Of a stretch of DNA of 59,750 bases, positions 1-9,933 are shown piece after piece; within the stretch, counting starts at the first letter, position 1; the number at the start of each line of letters is the position of its first letter. The DNA is from Bdellovibrionota bacterium. Its GTDB lineage: Bacteria; Bdellovibrionota_C; UBA2361; JBIKWN01. The stretch lies in assembly GCA_044356295.1 (NCBI GenBank), contig JBIKWN010000010.1, forward strand, positions 1 to 59,750. The letters are read 5' to 3'. The translations under genes and the position numbers were made by a program. Below the pieces are notes generated by a model. It was given only the letters and a program-made list of their open reading frames with translations. It was not told the DNA's origin and made no database searches.

Positions 1-889
1 ATATTCCTGACTCTCCACTGACTCCACTAATTCCGCTTTCTCCAGAAACTCCACTTAAGCCACTGACTCCAGTAATTCCGGATACTCCACTTATTCCTGA
101 AATTCCTGAGACACCAGATATTCCTGATTCTCCACTGACTCCACTAATTCCACTTTCTCCAGAAACTCCACTTAAGCCACTGACTCCTGTAATTCCGGAT
201 ACTCCACTTATTCCAGAAATTCCTGAGACACCAGATATTCCTGATTCTCCACTGACTCCACTAATTCCACTTTCTCCAGAAACTCCACTTAAGCCACTGA
301 CTCCAGTAATTCCGGATACTCCACTTATTCCACTGATTCCTGTAATTCCTGAGACACCAGATATTCCTGATTCTCCACTGACTCCACTAATTCCACTTTC
401 TCCAGAAACTCCACTTAAACCACTGACTCCAGTAATTCCGGATACTCCACTTATTCCACTGATTCCTGAAATTCCTGAGACACCAGATATTCCTGATTCT
501 CCACTTACTCCACTAATTCCACTTTCTCCAGAAACTCCACTTACTCCACTGATTCCTGAAATTCCTGAGACACCAGATATTCCTGATTCTCCACTGACTC
601 CACTAATTCCACTTTCTCCAGAAACTCCACTTACTCCCGATCGTCCAGTAACACCACTAACGCCAGAGATCCCACTGATACCTGTAAATCCACTAACACC
701 TGAAATCCCACTAACACCAATTAATCCAGAAACTCCGCTTACTCCCGATTGTCCAGTAACACCACTAACGCCAGAGATCCCACTGATACCTGTAAATCCG
801 CTAACGCCAGAAATGCCACTAACACCAATCAATCCAGAAACTCCGCTTACTCCCGATTGTCCAGTAACACCGGTTTGACCAGTAGGCCC
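1..889. repeat. Coding tandem repeat, 9-nt base period with higher-order units
   Basis: ATATTCCTGA restarts at 1, 118, 235, 361, 487 and 577 (units of 117, 117, 126, 126, 90 nt). A different 108-nt unit restarts at 631, 739 and 847. Confidence 0.95.
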
Positions 890-1102
890 AACCAACAAAC
901 TAAAACGTGCAATGCGTGCCTCGCCTCGATTACATGATCTTCTTTGAAAAACTCTTTTTGTTTTTTGACTTTGGCAGAATACGAATGTTTCTGATGCTGG
1001 ATCTTGCGCGAATGAAATGTTTTCTAAAGAAAAACAAAAAAGAACCGCAACTACGGCGGTGCGTAGACATCTAAGTTTAAGGTGCTTGAACCAGTTTCTC
1101 AT
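1..1102 (-). CDS. Secreted collagen-like protein (Gly-X-Ser/Thr repeats); 3' end beyond the window edge
   Basis: Manual translation from ATG at 1102: MRNWFKHLKLRCLRTAVVAVLFCFSLENISFA|QDPASETFVFCQSQKTKRVFQRRSCNRGEARIARFSLLV, then GPTGQTGVTGQSGVSGVSG... continuing as G-X-Y triplets from 889 to base 1 (about 98 triplets). Signal-peptide-like N-terminus. Not in the ORF track because no stop lies in the window. Confidence 0.92.
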   Translation of the reverse strand, partial: MRNWFKHLKLRCLRTAVVAVLFCFSLENISFAQDPASETFVFCQSQKTKRVFQRRSCNRGEARIARFSLLVGPTGQTGVTGQSGVSGVSGLIGVSGISGVSGFTGISGISGVSGVTGQSGVSGVSGLIGVSGISGVSGFTGISGISGVSGVTGRSGVSGVSGESGISGVSGESGISGVSGISGISGVSGVSGESGISGVSGESGISGVSGISGISGISGVSGITGVSGLSGVSGESGISGVSGESGISGVSGITGISGISGVSGITGVSGLSGVSGESGISGVSGESGISGVSGISGISGVSGITGVSGLSGVSGESGISGVSGESGISGVSGISGISGVSGITGVSGLSGVSGESGISGVSGESGI

Positions 1103-1260
1103 CTATAGCTTTAATCTTTAGCTCTGTAAGTTATAGTCGCCCCTTTACGCTAACTACTTGATAGATAAGATGAGGAAATCTCTTAAGATTTTTCAGATGC
1201 AGTTAAAAATTGTACAGAAATGTAGTACGAAAATTTCTCTTTAAAAGTAGTCAAAAATCA

Positions 1261-2748
1261 CTAACCTAGTAAAAAAACTCGCCATTTTCCATATATATAG
1301 GTCGGATTGATGTTAAGTATCTGTCTTACTTTTTCATCATGCCTAACTCTGCAAACTACAATACCCTGTTTCAAAGTAGGCAAATTTTGTTCTGTAGCTA
1401 CTTTCAACTGAGGTTTTATTAACCCATCAGTCTCATCCAAAGCCCATCGTGCATAGTGATATGCTGAATCCGGAACATTCGAAAAAAAGAAAATTTCATG
1501 GTTTTGAATTAGATTCTTGTTCATAAGTTCAGCAAATAGAATTTTTGTAGATTTTCTATTTTCAATACTATTTGCAGAAAAGACTGTAACCAGTGAAAAA
1601 ATTATTCCAAATAATAGATTTAATAAAAGATATTTCTTATTTGAAGTTGATAATAGCCAAGAAACAAAAATCATACCTGCTGGCAGAACTGGCAGTAAAT
1701 AATAAATGAGCACTTGCTTTCCAAATGCTAAGAAAAGAACTGGTAACAGAGTCCAAGAGATCAAAACTAAGAATAAAGGTCTTTGATGATTCCAGATATG
1801 CTTACATTGTTCTTTCGGAATAAAAAATACGTAGAACAATCCCGGCAACATGCAGACTAGAAAATAGAGAAGCGAAATCCCTCTCGGTGTTGGATGAAAC
1901 GAACCATTCAAAAGCTGATCACTCGACGAAGAAAACCGACTTAGGTTTTCTTCAAGAATAAAGTATTTTAAGAAACCTGGGTTTGCTAATTCATGTAGGT
2001 AAAACCAAGGAGCAACAATAATAAAAAATAAGAGAGTAGCACTAACTATTACAGAACTAAAAAGAATGTGAATTTGCTTAGTAAACAGGAGCCAAACAAG
2101 AACAGTAATAACAGGAAAAAACAAAGCAAGAGGGCCCTTCGTTAAAAATCCTAGAGCACAAAGAATTCCAATAATATTCCATCGATGTATAGGAATTTTT
2201 AATAAAAAAACTTTAGATGAGCCTGTAAATAGCAGCTCATAAAACTGCATTATCGTCGCAGTTACAAAAAAAGTAAGGAGCGGATCTAACATTGCAGCTC
2301 CTGAAAAAGCAAAGATGAGCGCTGAAGAAAGAAAAAGTGTTGAAGCAAAGACTGCAACTGACTCAGTTATATGTTTTTTTGAAAAATATAAAATTAATAA
2401 AGCGGTACCAAACGTAGCAAGAAAAGATGGAAATCGGGCCGCCCAAGCTGAAAAGCCAAAAATACCCTGGGAAATTGCCATCATCCAAAACATCAGTGGT
2501 GGCTTAGACCAATAAGGAACAAGTTTTCCACTTTCGAAAGCTTTGATTGAAATCCAATCTCCACTTCGAACCATATACTCAGCAATCACAGTATACCGAG
2601 CATCACTAGGATCGACTAAGCCAGGAAAACCCAAGGTCACTAAACGAACAAATCCAAGAAGGAAAATGCAAATAAGACCAAATTGGTAAAAACTTTTATT
2701 ATAATAATATTTAGAGAGAAATTGATTTAATGAAACGCTCATATGCAC
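1261..2748 (-). CDS. ArnT/PMT-family (GT-C) membrane glycosyltransferase
   Basis: Polytopic membrane protein with DPSDARY, KPPLMFW, WAARFPS and LTKGP motifs. The start may be the Met at 2742. Confidence 0.88.
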   Translation of the reverse strand: MHMSVSLNQFLSKYYYNKSFYQFGLICIFLLGFVRLVTLGFPGLVDPSDARYTVIAEYMVRSGDWISIKAFESGKLVPYWSKPPLMFWMMAISQGIFGFSAWAARFPSFLATFGTALLILYFSKKHITESVAVFASTLFLSSALIFAFSGAAMLDPLLTFFVTATIMQFYELLFTGSSKVFLLKIPIHRWNIIGILCALGFLTKGPLALFFPVITVLVWLLFTKQIHILFSSVIVSATLLFFIIVAPWFYLHELANPGFLKYFILEENLSRFSSSSDQLLNGSFHPTPRGISLLYFLVCMLPGLFYVFFIPKEQCKHIWNHQRPLFLVLISWTLLPVLFLAFGKQVLIYYLLPVLPAGMIFVSWLLSTSNKKYLLLNLLFGIIFSLVTVFSANSIENRKSTKILFAELMNKNLIQNHEIFFFSNVPDSAYHYARWALDETDGLIKPQLKVATEQNLPTLKQGIVVCRVRHDEKVRQILNINPTYIYGKWRVFLLG

Positions 2749-4282
2749 TTACTTCTTGAGCTTTACATTGTTGATTAATGATTTTTGATAATTCATCACA
2801 TAACTTACTGTCTTGAGCATTGCGGGCAAGATGCAGAAGGAGAACCTGCGACCGTACATCACCGCCATTATTCACACTATCAAATGCCTCGACAAGAGCC
2901 CGTTGCGACTGTCCAGATATATAATCACAAAGTGAAGTCCAATAATTCAACAACCAATCATTCGGAAATCTATCTCTGTATGGCCTAATCCCTGACTGTA
3001 CAAGAACAGTCTTACTTTGTGAGATAATGCGATCTGCTTCTAATTTTTCTTCAAAAGTTTTTCCAAAAGCGCTCAGTAGAAATTCATTCCCATAAGAACC
3101 AAGCGTACTAATAAAAAAGGAGGCACCTTGAGTTATGTCGTTAGAGTCAACAAAAAGATCCGTCACATCAGGTCTAATATGATTATCTCCTCTTTGCTGT
3201 CCCCAAGTTCGGAAACTTTTTGGCTTCTTTAAAAGAGATTCAAATAGAGGAACAAGTTGTCTTGCGGCATTTTCTGCACCAAAAAACTTTTCCGCGTACT
3301 GCTTAGCATTTTTCCCAATTTTATCTCGTTCAATTGGATTCCTATATAAATACTCAAGTGCATAGGCATACTCTTCTTCAGTATTAACAACAAAGCCAGT
3401 TACCTGATCTATGACTAAGTCTTTAATTCCACCTGAGGGAAAAACAACTACTGGAATTCCAGCAAACATGACTTCTTGAAGATTCATTTCAGAAGCAGCA
3501 TACGTATCTTCGCGGAGTGGATATCCATACGCATCAAGAATGGATAAAAGTCCTTTCATATCTTCTACGTATCCAAGATATTTAAATTTATGTTCTGAAC
3601 CCAGAGCTCGTGCTTCATGAATAATTTGCGGAATAGCTTCACCACTTCCACATAGTAAGAACTGGGCATCAGGAATAGCAGCTTGCGAGCTCATCTGAAC
3701 ATACTTTGGATGCATCTTAATGAAATCAACAGTTCCAATATATCCAATATTAAATCCGCTATGCTCGCTCTTTTCGATCGCACCAATTCGATTAAAATCA
3801 GTTGCACCGTATACCATTGCCACTCTATAGGATTGCTCATGTTGAGATAATGAACAAAGTGCAGGGTGTCCACGTGTAAAAGGTGAACAAGCAATTGATA
3901 GATCAAAGAAATCAACTAATCCGTTCGTAAGGACTTGTGGAGCTGCTTGACCACCAACATGAAACCAACCAGATAAACGACATGCTGGAAGTCTGTTTCG
4001 CAAGAATCGATACATCTCTACCGAATTCCACCAACTAACATTTACGATGTCACTCTCTTCTAAATATTTGAACGCAATCGCATGCTCTGAAGCTACTTTC
4101 ACTGAAATGCCATAGTCCCTCGCAAGATTGACTGCATCAGGGTCAGGCGGTAAGAGAGAGAGAATTTGATGCTCATAGCCGGTGAGCTTCTGATGATAAT
4201 GGGCTAGATAAAGCGTTGCTCGAGCTCCGCCACCTCTAGAAAGCTGTTGAATTACATGAGTAACGATAATTTTCTTACTCAT
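2711..4282 (-). CDS. GT4 (group 1) glycosyltransferase with C-terminal helical extension
   Basis: N-terminal LSRGGG; C-domain LQEVMFAGIPVVV...GGIKDLV...TGFVV typical of GT4. Confidence 0.85.
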   Translation of the reverse strand: MSKKIIVTHVIQQLSRGGGARATLYLAHYHQKLTGYEHQILSLLPPDPDAVNLARDYGISVKVASEHAIAFKYLEESDIVNVSWWNSVEMYRFLRNRLPACRLSGWFHVGGQAAPQVLTNGLVDFFDLSIACSPFTRGHPALCSLSQHEQSYRVAMVYGATDFNRIGAIEKSEHSGFNIGYIGTVDFIKMHPKYVQMSSQAAIPDAQFLLCGSGEAIPQIIHEARALGSEHKFKYLGYVEDMKGLLSILDAYGYPLREDTYAASEMNLQEVMFAGIPVVVFPSGGIKDLVIDQVTGFVVNTEEEYAYALEYLYRNPIERDKIGKNAKQYAEKFFGAENAARQLVPLFESLLKKPKSFRTWGQQRGDNHIRPDVTDLFVDSNDITQGASFFISTLGSYGNEFLLSAFGKTFEEKLEADRIISQSKTVLVQSGIRPYRDRFPNDWLLNYWTSLCDYISGQSQRALVEAFDSVNNGGDVRSQVLLLHLARNAQDSKLCDELSKIINQQCKAQEVSAYERFIKSISL

Positions 4283-4875
4283 ATCTTCTCCTTTAGAATT
4301 TCATCTATTCGGATTGCGACTGACTGAGTACGAGGAAATACTGATTTGTTATTTTCTAATTGATTTTTAATTGATTGAAAATTTGAATAATTAAAATCTT
4401 TAGTAATTGCCGAAAGTAAGGCTGAGAAAGGTAATACGTCACTTCCTCTCTTTAAATCGGAATTATTCATTTTCATAGCACCTTGGCTTGCAAGTGTACT
4501 ATTTGATACAGGTATGATTTTTAATAATAACTCATCAAGAGATGAGAAATCTTTTCTCTTAATAACTGAGCAATTTGGAAACTGCTTTAAAAGAGCAACC
4601 ATTTCTGGTCCATTAAGAAACTGAGAATTAGATGGTAATTCTAAAACAAACCGAGCTTTAGGAAGTTCTTTACGTAACTGTTCCTCGTTAAGAGTCTGCG
4701 AATACATAGCGATTCCAGCAGGAAACAGCGAAAATTCAATAAAAGGAAGTAAAAAAGAAGGAGTAAATTCACCAATCCAACCGAGCGGTGCTTTCCCAAC
4801 ATCAAGAAGAGCTTGAACATCAGTCCTATCATCAGTGTTGAGTGGTCCAAAATAAAGAATGTCGATGCTACTCAT
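4279..4875 (-). CDS. Hypothetical protein in asnB-GT operon
   Basis: 198-aa ORF abutting the asnB stop and overlapping the GT4 start by 4 nt. Confidence 0.7.
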   Translation of the reverse strand: MSSIDILYFGPLNTDDRTDVQALLDVGKAPLGWIGEFTPSFLLPFIEFSLFPAGIAMYSQTLNEEQLRKELPKARFVLELPSNSQFLNGPEMVALLKQFPNCSVIKRKDFSSLDELLLKIIPVSNSTLASQGAMKMNNSDLKRGSDVLPFSALLSAITKDFNYSNFQSIKNQLENNKSVFPRTQSVAIRIDEILKEKI

Positions 4876-6594
4876 TTAAAATAGCTCCGAATAAAGTTCA
4901 GTAGGTCTTTTCCCTCTTACTAACATTTCTTCTAGTAAAGCTAGATTAATTTTGCTCCATATATCAAGCGTTAATCCCCAGTCTTCTTTAGTCCAACCAG
5001 ATGATGCTTTTATGCGAACAATTTCTTGATATTTTTTTGGATCAAAACATCGCTGACTTATAAAGCTATCTCGATGTACCATCGTGTGCAAAAACTTTTT
5101 TAGTCCACCATTAAACCATTCAATCATTGGTGAATTAAAACCAATTTTACTTCTTCTCGAACGAATCTCATCCGGCATTATGCCTTGCATTGCATCTCTA
5201 ATTATTCTTTTAGTAAATCCTGCGCCAACTTTTGCAGTCGCATCAAGTGAGAATGCATAACTTACCAAACGATAATCCATAAATGGCATCCGCACTTCAA
5301 TACCATGAGCAGCAGAGCATCGATCGAAATTTCTTAAAATTGCAGGCAGAAGGTTTCGATGAAAATCATCATATAATCCATTATTAAATGTCTTCATTGG
5401 CCAATCGAGATAACCGCTGTATCCACCCAGCAATTCATCACTTCCATGCCCGTCAATTGAAACGGTTACTCCTGTTTCTCGAAGCTTTCGGTAGGTACAC
5501 CATACAGGAGTTGCAATAGAATGAGCTACTTCTTCCATCGCCCAAACTGAATCAAGAACATGTGGCAACACTGCAGCATCAGTAAATTCCCAATATGATG
5601 CTTTTGCTCCAATGTGCGAGACTACTAAATTTGCAAAATAACTTTCATCAATAATTGTCCCTGGAAAAGTTGCGATACAAGTTCGCTGCCAGTCAGATTG
5701 AACTCTGTCACCAAGCGATCCTTTTTTATGAAGAAATGCCATTGTTGATGCGACAGCTGTAGAGTCAATTCCACCTGACAGAAGCGTTCCTACTGGAACA
5801 TCACTTCTCATACGTATACGAACAGCATCAAGGAATAAATCTCTGAAAGCTTCTACTTGATCTTCATATTTATTTTCTGGGGTCGGTAGATTATCTCTTG
5901 TCTCCCACCAACGATTCATTCGAATATCACCTTCTTGCGAAACAACTGCGCTATGTCCTGGAAGTAATCGATACACATCTTTTATTAATGTTTTTGAAAC
6001 ATTTCCCTCGGATGAATTACCACTAACAAGTTGAGGAAGCACTTCCTGTTCAAGCGTAGGAGTAAATCCATCGAGGCTACAAAAAGCTTTAATCTCAGAA
6101 GCAAATGCTAATCGATCGGTTACGCTAAAAAAAAGTGGCTTAACACCAAAACGGTCTCGAGAAAGAAAAAGCTCACGTTTTTTAGGATTCCAAATAGCCA
6201 GTGCCCACATTCCATTAAATCGCTTTAAAGCATCACTACCCCAGCAGTGATAGGCAGCAAGAATTACCTGTGTGTCAGTTTGATTTGTAAATCTATATCC
6301 TTGGGCTTCAAGTTCAGATCTGAGTTCCAAGAAGTTATAAACTTCGCCATTAAATGTTATGTATAATTCTTCACCATTAGGCATGACCATTTTCATTGGG
6401 CACTTACCGGCAGGAGAAAGATCTAGAATTGAAAGACGTGTATGACCTAAACCTAGATCAGGATTTCCATGTTCAGCATCAATCCATACATCATGAGCAT
6501 CAGGCCCACGATGATGCACAGACAAGGTAAAACGCTCGAGCGTTTCCCGATTAATCGGACGATTAAAATTCCAAATTCCAGCGATTCCGCACAT
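4876..6594 (-). CDS. asnB: Asparagine synthase (glutamine-hydrolysing) family amidotransferase
   Basis: Start corrected to MCGIAG (Ntn Cys) at 6594; HRGPD, FNGEVYN, SRDRFGVKPL, LSGGIDS, GSDELLGGY, EVRMPFMD. Confidence 0.95.
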   Translation of the reverse strand: MCGIAGIWNFNRPINRETLERFTLSVHHRGPDAHDVWIDAEHGNPDLGLGHTRLSILDLSPAGKCPMKMVMPNGEELYITFNGEVYNFLELRSELEAQGYRFTNQTDTQVILAAYHCWGSDALKRFNGMWALAIWNPKKRELFLSRDRFGVKPLFFSVTDRLAFASEIKAFCSLDGFTPTLEQEVLPQLVSGNSSEGNVSKTLIKDVYRLLPGHSAVVSQEGDIRMNRWWETRDNLPTPENKYEDQVEAFRDLFLDAVRIRMRSDVPVGTLLSGGIDSTAVASTMAFLHKKGSLGDRVQSDWQRTCIATFPGTIIDESYFANLVVSHIGAKASYWEFTDAAVLPHVLDSVWAMEEVAHSIATPVWCTYRKLRETGVTVSIDGHGSDELLGGYSGYLDWPMKTFNNGLYDDFHRNLLPAILRNFDRCSAAHGIEVRMPFMDYRLVSYAFSLDATAKVGAGFTKRIIRDAMQGIMPDEIRSRRSKIGFNSPMIEWFNGGLKKFLHTMVHRDSFISQRCFDPKKYQEIVRIKASSGWTKEDWGLTLDIWSKINLALLEEMLVRGKRPTELYSELF

Positions 6595-6674
6595 CTTTCT
6601 TGACTTTATAAGACTCAATTTCAAGCTTATACTATTCAAGTTTTCCTCAAAACCCGCTTAAAATAAGGTGTTAC

Positions 6675-7340
6675 ATGTCACTTCCAACCATTATTTTCGA
6701 TTTTGATAGTACTATTGTTGCAGTCGAGACCCTTGATATCCTCGCAGAACACGCTTTAGGCGGTCATCCCAATAAATTAGAGATAGCAGAGCAGATTATT
6801 GAAATTACCAATCGAGCGATGACTGGAGAGTTATCTTTTGGTGAAGCGTTAACAAAGAGGTTATCCCTCCTTCCTCTCACAAGAGAAATCATCAAAAAAA
6901 CAGCATTTGAACTTTGTAAAAAAATCACCCCTTCTTTCTTAAAAGAGTTTTCTTTTATTAAAGCTAATGCGGATCGAATCTACATTATTTCAGGTGGTTT
7001 TACTGAGTGCATTATACCAACTGCGGAAAGATTAGGCATAAACACATCTCATGTATTTGCGAATACCTTTCTCTATGAAGAATCAGGTGCCATTGTCATC
7101 GATGAAACAAACTTCCTTTCTCAGAATCAAGGAAAAATAAAACAAGTTGTAGCACTTAATCTACCACGCCCAATTCATATTATCGGAGACGGGTATACGG
7201 ACTTTGAACTTTTCAAAGAAAACGTAGCTGATGAATTTTACTGTTTTACTGAAATTATTTCTCGCAACAAAGTTCTCGAGTTATCAAATAAAAAAATATC
7301 ATCGTTATCTGAATACATACAGGCATCGATACATGAATAA
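6675..7340 (+). CDS. serB: HAD-IB phosphoserine phosphatase-like protein
   Basis: FDFDST motif I, ISGGF, IGDGYTD; ITNRAMTGELSF cap typical of SerB. Confidence 0.8.
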   Translation: MSLPTIIFDFDSTIVAVETLDILAEHALGGHPNKLEIAEQIIEITNRAMTGELSFGEALTKRLSLLPLTREIIKKTAFELCKKITPSFLKEFSFIKANADRIYIISGGFTECIIPTAERLGINTSHVFANTFLYEESGAIVIDETNFLSQNQGKIKQVVALNLPRPIHIIGDGYTDFELFKENVADEFYCFTEIISRNKVLELSNKKISSLSEYIQASIHE

Positions 7341-7500
7341 ATTATTTTGTTTTATTGGTAGCACTTTAGGAAGCTGGCTTGGCTGGTCAATTGGTGATTA
7401 CTTATTTATGGACAATCTCTTTGCTTCTTTTTTCTTAAGCACCGTGTTTGCAATCATAGGGGTTTATTACGGCTGGAAACTGGCCCAAGCAATTGATTAA
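7333..7500 (+). CDS. Small membrane protein (55 aa)
   Basis: ATG at 7333 overlaps the end of serB; two Gly-rich hydrophobic helices (MNKLFCFIGSTLGSWLGW...IGVYYGWK). Confidence 0.7.
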   Translation: MNKLFCFIGSTLGSWLGWSIGDYLFMDNLFASFFLSTVFAIIGVYYGWKLAQAID

Positions 7501-7629
7501 TCGCCTAACCTATCTATATCTAAATAGATTTTTAGCAAATTTTTTTTAAATAAATAAATTCTTTATTTATTTAGTATTTTCTCTTTAAAGACGACTTTAA
7601 CCTAACTTAAAGAGATACGTTCGAGTGAA

Positions 7630-8241
7630 ATGAGCGAAATATTTACTATTGTAATTTTATTTGGGATGGCTATTTCTTTTGGCTATCTTTATGGGGTTTA
7701 TTCCCATAAAAAAAAGCTGGCATCAGTTAAGCTTCCTGACGTTTTAGAATTAGACAGATTTGTTCATTCTTTTATGTCTCAAGTAACGTTACTTGAAGAG
7801 GCATCCTTGAATTACTTCATGACACTTAACGATGCCGGACTAAATCTGCTTGCAGCAATAAAGCTAGAATTAATAATCGCGCTTCACGATATCGACGACC
7901 TCATCGAAAAAAAACAGATTGATGATGCTAATGCTCTTATCGCATTTATCAATAATCCTGAAGGAGAACTTAGCCCTCATGTACTTAATCTTAGCAAAGC
8001 AAGATTAACAAAATTAAAAGGCTGGAGACAACCTGCTCGTGAAAAAATATTGGATTGTATTATTGAACTAGGAATCATGAGTAACCAACCAGAATTCTCA
8101 CTTCGTCAAAAAATCCCAGTTGGATCAGGAGACGAAATTGAACAAAGACGTAAAACATTCTGTACGCTTGATAGGCTTAGAGAGCTTATTGTTGATGATG
8201 ATGATGAGGGATTTAATACTTCTGAGGCTGAACTTCAATAG
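7630..8241 (+). CDS. Hypothetical protein with N-terminal membrane anchor
   Basis: 203-aa ORF with a hydrophobic N-terminus and an acidic tail. Confidence 0.7.
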   Translation: MSEIFTIVILFGMAISFGYLYGVYSHKKKLASVKLPDVLELDRFVHSFMSQVTLLEEASLNYFMTLNDAGLNLLAAIKLELIIALHDIDDLIEKKQIDDANALIAFINNPEGELSPHVLNLSKARLTKLKGWRQPAREKILDCIIELGIMSNQPEFSLRQKIPVGSGDEIEQRRKTFCTLDRLRELIVDDDDEGFNTSEAELQ

Positions 8242-8280
8242 TTTTCAGGACGAGATGTTCTTCGGATAATTAGAAAAGTC

Positions 8281-8367
8281 TTTTTTGTAACGCGAAGGCC
8301 GCGAAGTACGCGAAGGGGTAGATCTGTACTTCCTTCGTGTCCTTCGCGACCTTCGCGTTACAAAAAG
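8281..8367. repeat. GC-rich REP-like palindrome (copy 1), arms built from 9-nt CGCGAAGnn units
   Basis: TTTTTGTAACGCGAAGGCCGCGAAGTACGCGAAGG ... CCTTCGTGTCCTTCGCGACCTTCGCGTTACAAAAA; 35-bp arms with 3 mismatches. Confidence 0.9.
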
Positions 8368-8418
8368 TACCCTCGTGCTAAGAAAAGCAAGTCAAAGTAC
8401 TATCATCAGTGATAAACA

Positions 8419-9933
8419 ATGATACATATCTTTGCCGCATCAAAATCAAACGAATCAACATGGTCAGCACTGCTCATGGCAGTCGCTTCGGCACTGCTGC
8501 TCTTTGTCTTATTCCGCAGTGCTTGGCTCTGTGACGATGCCTATATTAATTTTCGGGTTATCGATAATTTTTGGAATGGATACGGACTTCGTTGGAATAT
8601 CGATGAGCGAGTCCAAGTATACACATCACCACTTTGGCTTTTAATACTTCTAATACTTTCTCCATTATTTACATCTGTTTACTGGCTGGGAATTGTGACT
8701 TCTTTAGTCTTATCAATATCTGCCGTCTACATTACGGCAAAAAAATATCTCAACTTCAATATATATCAATCTATTGTTTTTCTTTTTGCACTATCAGTAA
8801 GCTCATTCTTTATTGATTTTGCAACGTCTGGTCTAGAGCAACCAATTGCTTATCTTTTATTTGGATTATTTTTAGCTGAACTATCAAACGAAACTATTTC
8901 GGGAAAAAAACTTGGCATCCTATCTGGATTGCTCATTTTGACAAGAATGGATTACCTCTTAATAGTACTTCCAACTCTTATCTTTCATTTTTTTTCTTTA
9001 CGAGACAAAAAACAGCAACTCAAGCTAATTATTTATTTGATATTTTTTCCGTTACTTTGGGGACTTTTTGGCTTGTTCTATTACGGATTTGCACTGCCTA
9101 ACACTTTCTTTGCAAAGATTGCTTCGACGGCATCTCTTTATGATAAACTATCACAGTCCTTTGTTTATTTTTCAACTTCCATTCTTGCAAGTCCCATAAT
9201 TTTTATATTGTGGATTACTTCATGCTTCTTAGGCATGAGCCTAAAAAAAGAGAGGTACATAATAGTAGGAATTTTTATCTACATTTTATATATCGCTTCG
9301 GTTGGTGGTGATTATATGGTAGGCAGATTTCTTGCAGCTCCAACGTTTCTGCTGATTGCAATTCTGACAAAGAAACTCCCCAAGGAAACGAATTCTTTTA
9401 CCTGTCTTACTGTTGGAATTCTTCTTTTATGTGGGCAATCACTCAATGCTCGTTCGCTTTTTTTAGAGCCACAATCTGATCGGAATGTTCCCATCAGTGG
9501 CATTATTGATGAAAAGTTTTTTGATTATCAAATGTCAGGACTTATGCTTTGGAGTACTACAACATCACATGAATTTCACTATAATTCTAAAGTAGGTATA
9601 TCGTATCAAAATCAACCAGTAAAAATTGATGGTGCTATCGGACGTGTTGGTTATTTTGCAGGTCCACGATGTCATATCATTGATCCAATGGGTATCGGCG
9701 ATGCATTTCTTTCACGTCTAGAACCTGCTTCTAAAGATGCTCGAGTCGGACACTTAAGAAGAGATATTCCTAATAAATACTTGGAGTCTGTCTTTTACAA
9801 AAAAAACTTATTAGAAAATCCAACAGAGCACGCACTATTAAATGATATTTTTATAATTACCCGTGCCCCTCTCTTTGCATGGGAACGTTGGATGGCGATT
9901 GCTCGAGTACAATTAGCATTAGTGAAAAACTAA
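8419..9933 (+). CDS. GT-C membrane glycosyltransferase, AftB (arabinofuranosyltransferase)-like
   Basis: WLCDDAYINFRVIDN...GLRWNIDERVQVYTSPLW, TSGLEQP, LPNTFFAK, GGDYMVGRF; many transmembrane segments. Confidence 0.78.
   Translation: MIHIFAASKSNESTWSALLMAVASALLLFVLFRSAWLCDDAYINFRVIDNFWNGYGLRWNIDERVQVYTSPLWLLILLILSPLFTSVYWLGIVTSLVLSISAVYITAKKYLNFNIYQSIVFLFALSVSSFFIDFATSGLEQPIAYLLFGLFLAELSNETISGKKLGILSGLLILTRMDYLLIVLPTLIFHFFSLRDKKQQLKLIIYLIFFPLLWGLFGLFYYGFALPNTFFAKIASTASLYDKLSQSFVYFSTSILASPIIFILWITSCFLGMSLKKERYIIVGIFIYILYIASVGGDYMVGRFLAAPTFLLIAILTKKLPKETNSFTCLTVGILLLCGQSLNARSLFLEPQSDRNVPISGIIDEKFFDYQMSGLMLWSTTTSHEFHYNSKVGISYQNQPVKIDGAIGRVGYFAGPRCHIIDPMGIGDAFLSRLEPASKDARVGHLRRDIPNKYLESVFYKKNLLENPTEHALLNDIFIITRAPLFAWERWMAIARVQLALVKN

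Noticed and set aside
749..937. 62-aa plus-strand ORF
   Set aside because: Antisense shadow of the collagen-like gene.
7547..7573. Perfect AT-only inverted repeat TAAATAAATAAA-TTC-TTTATTTATTTA
   Set aside because: Low complexity in an AT-rich intergenic region; could be an operator but cannot be supported.
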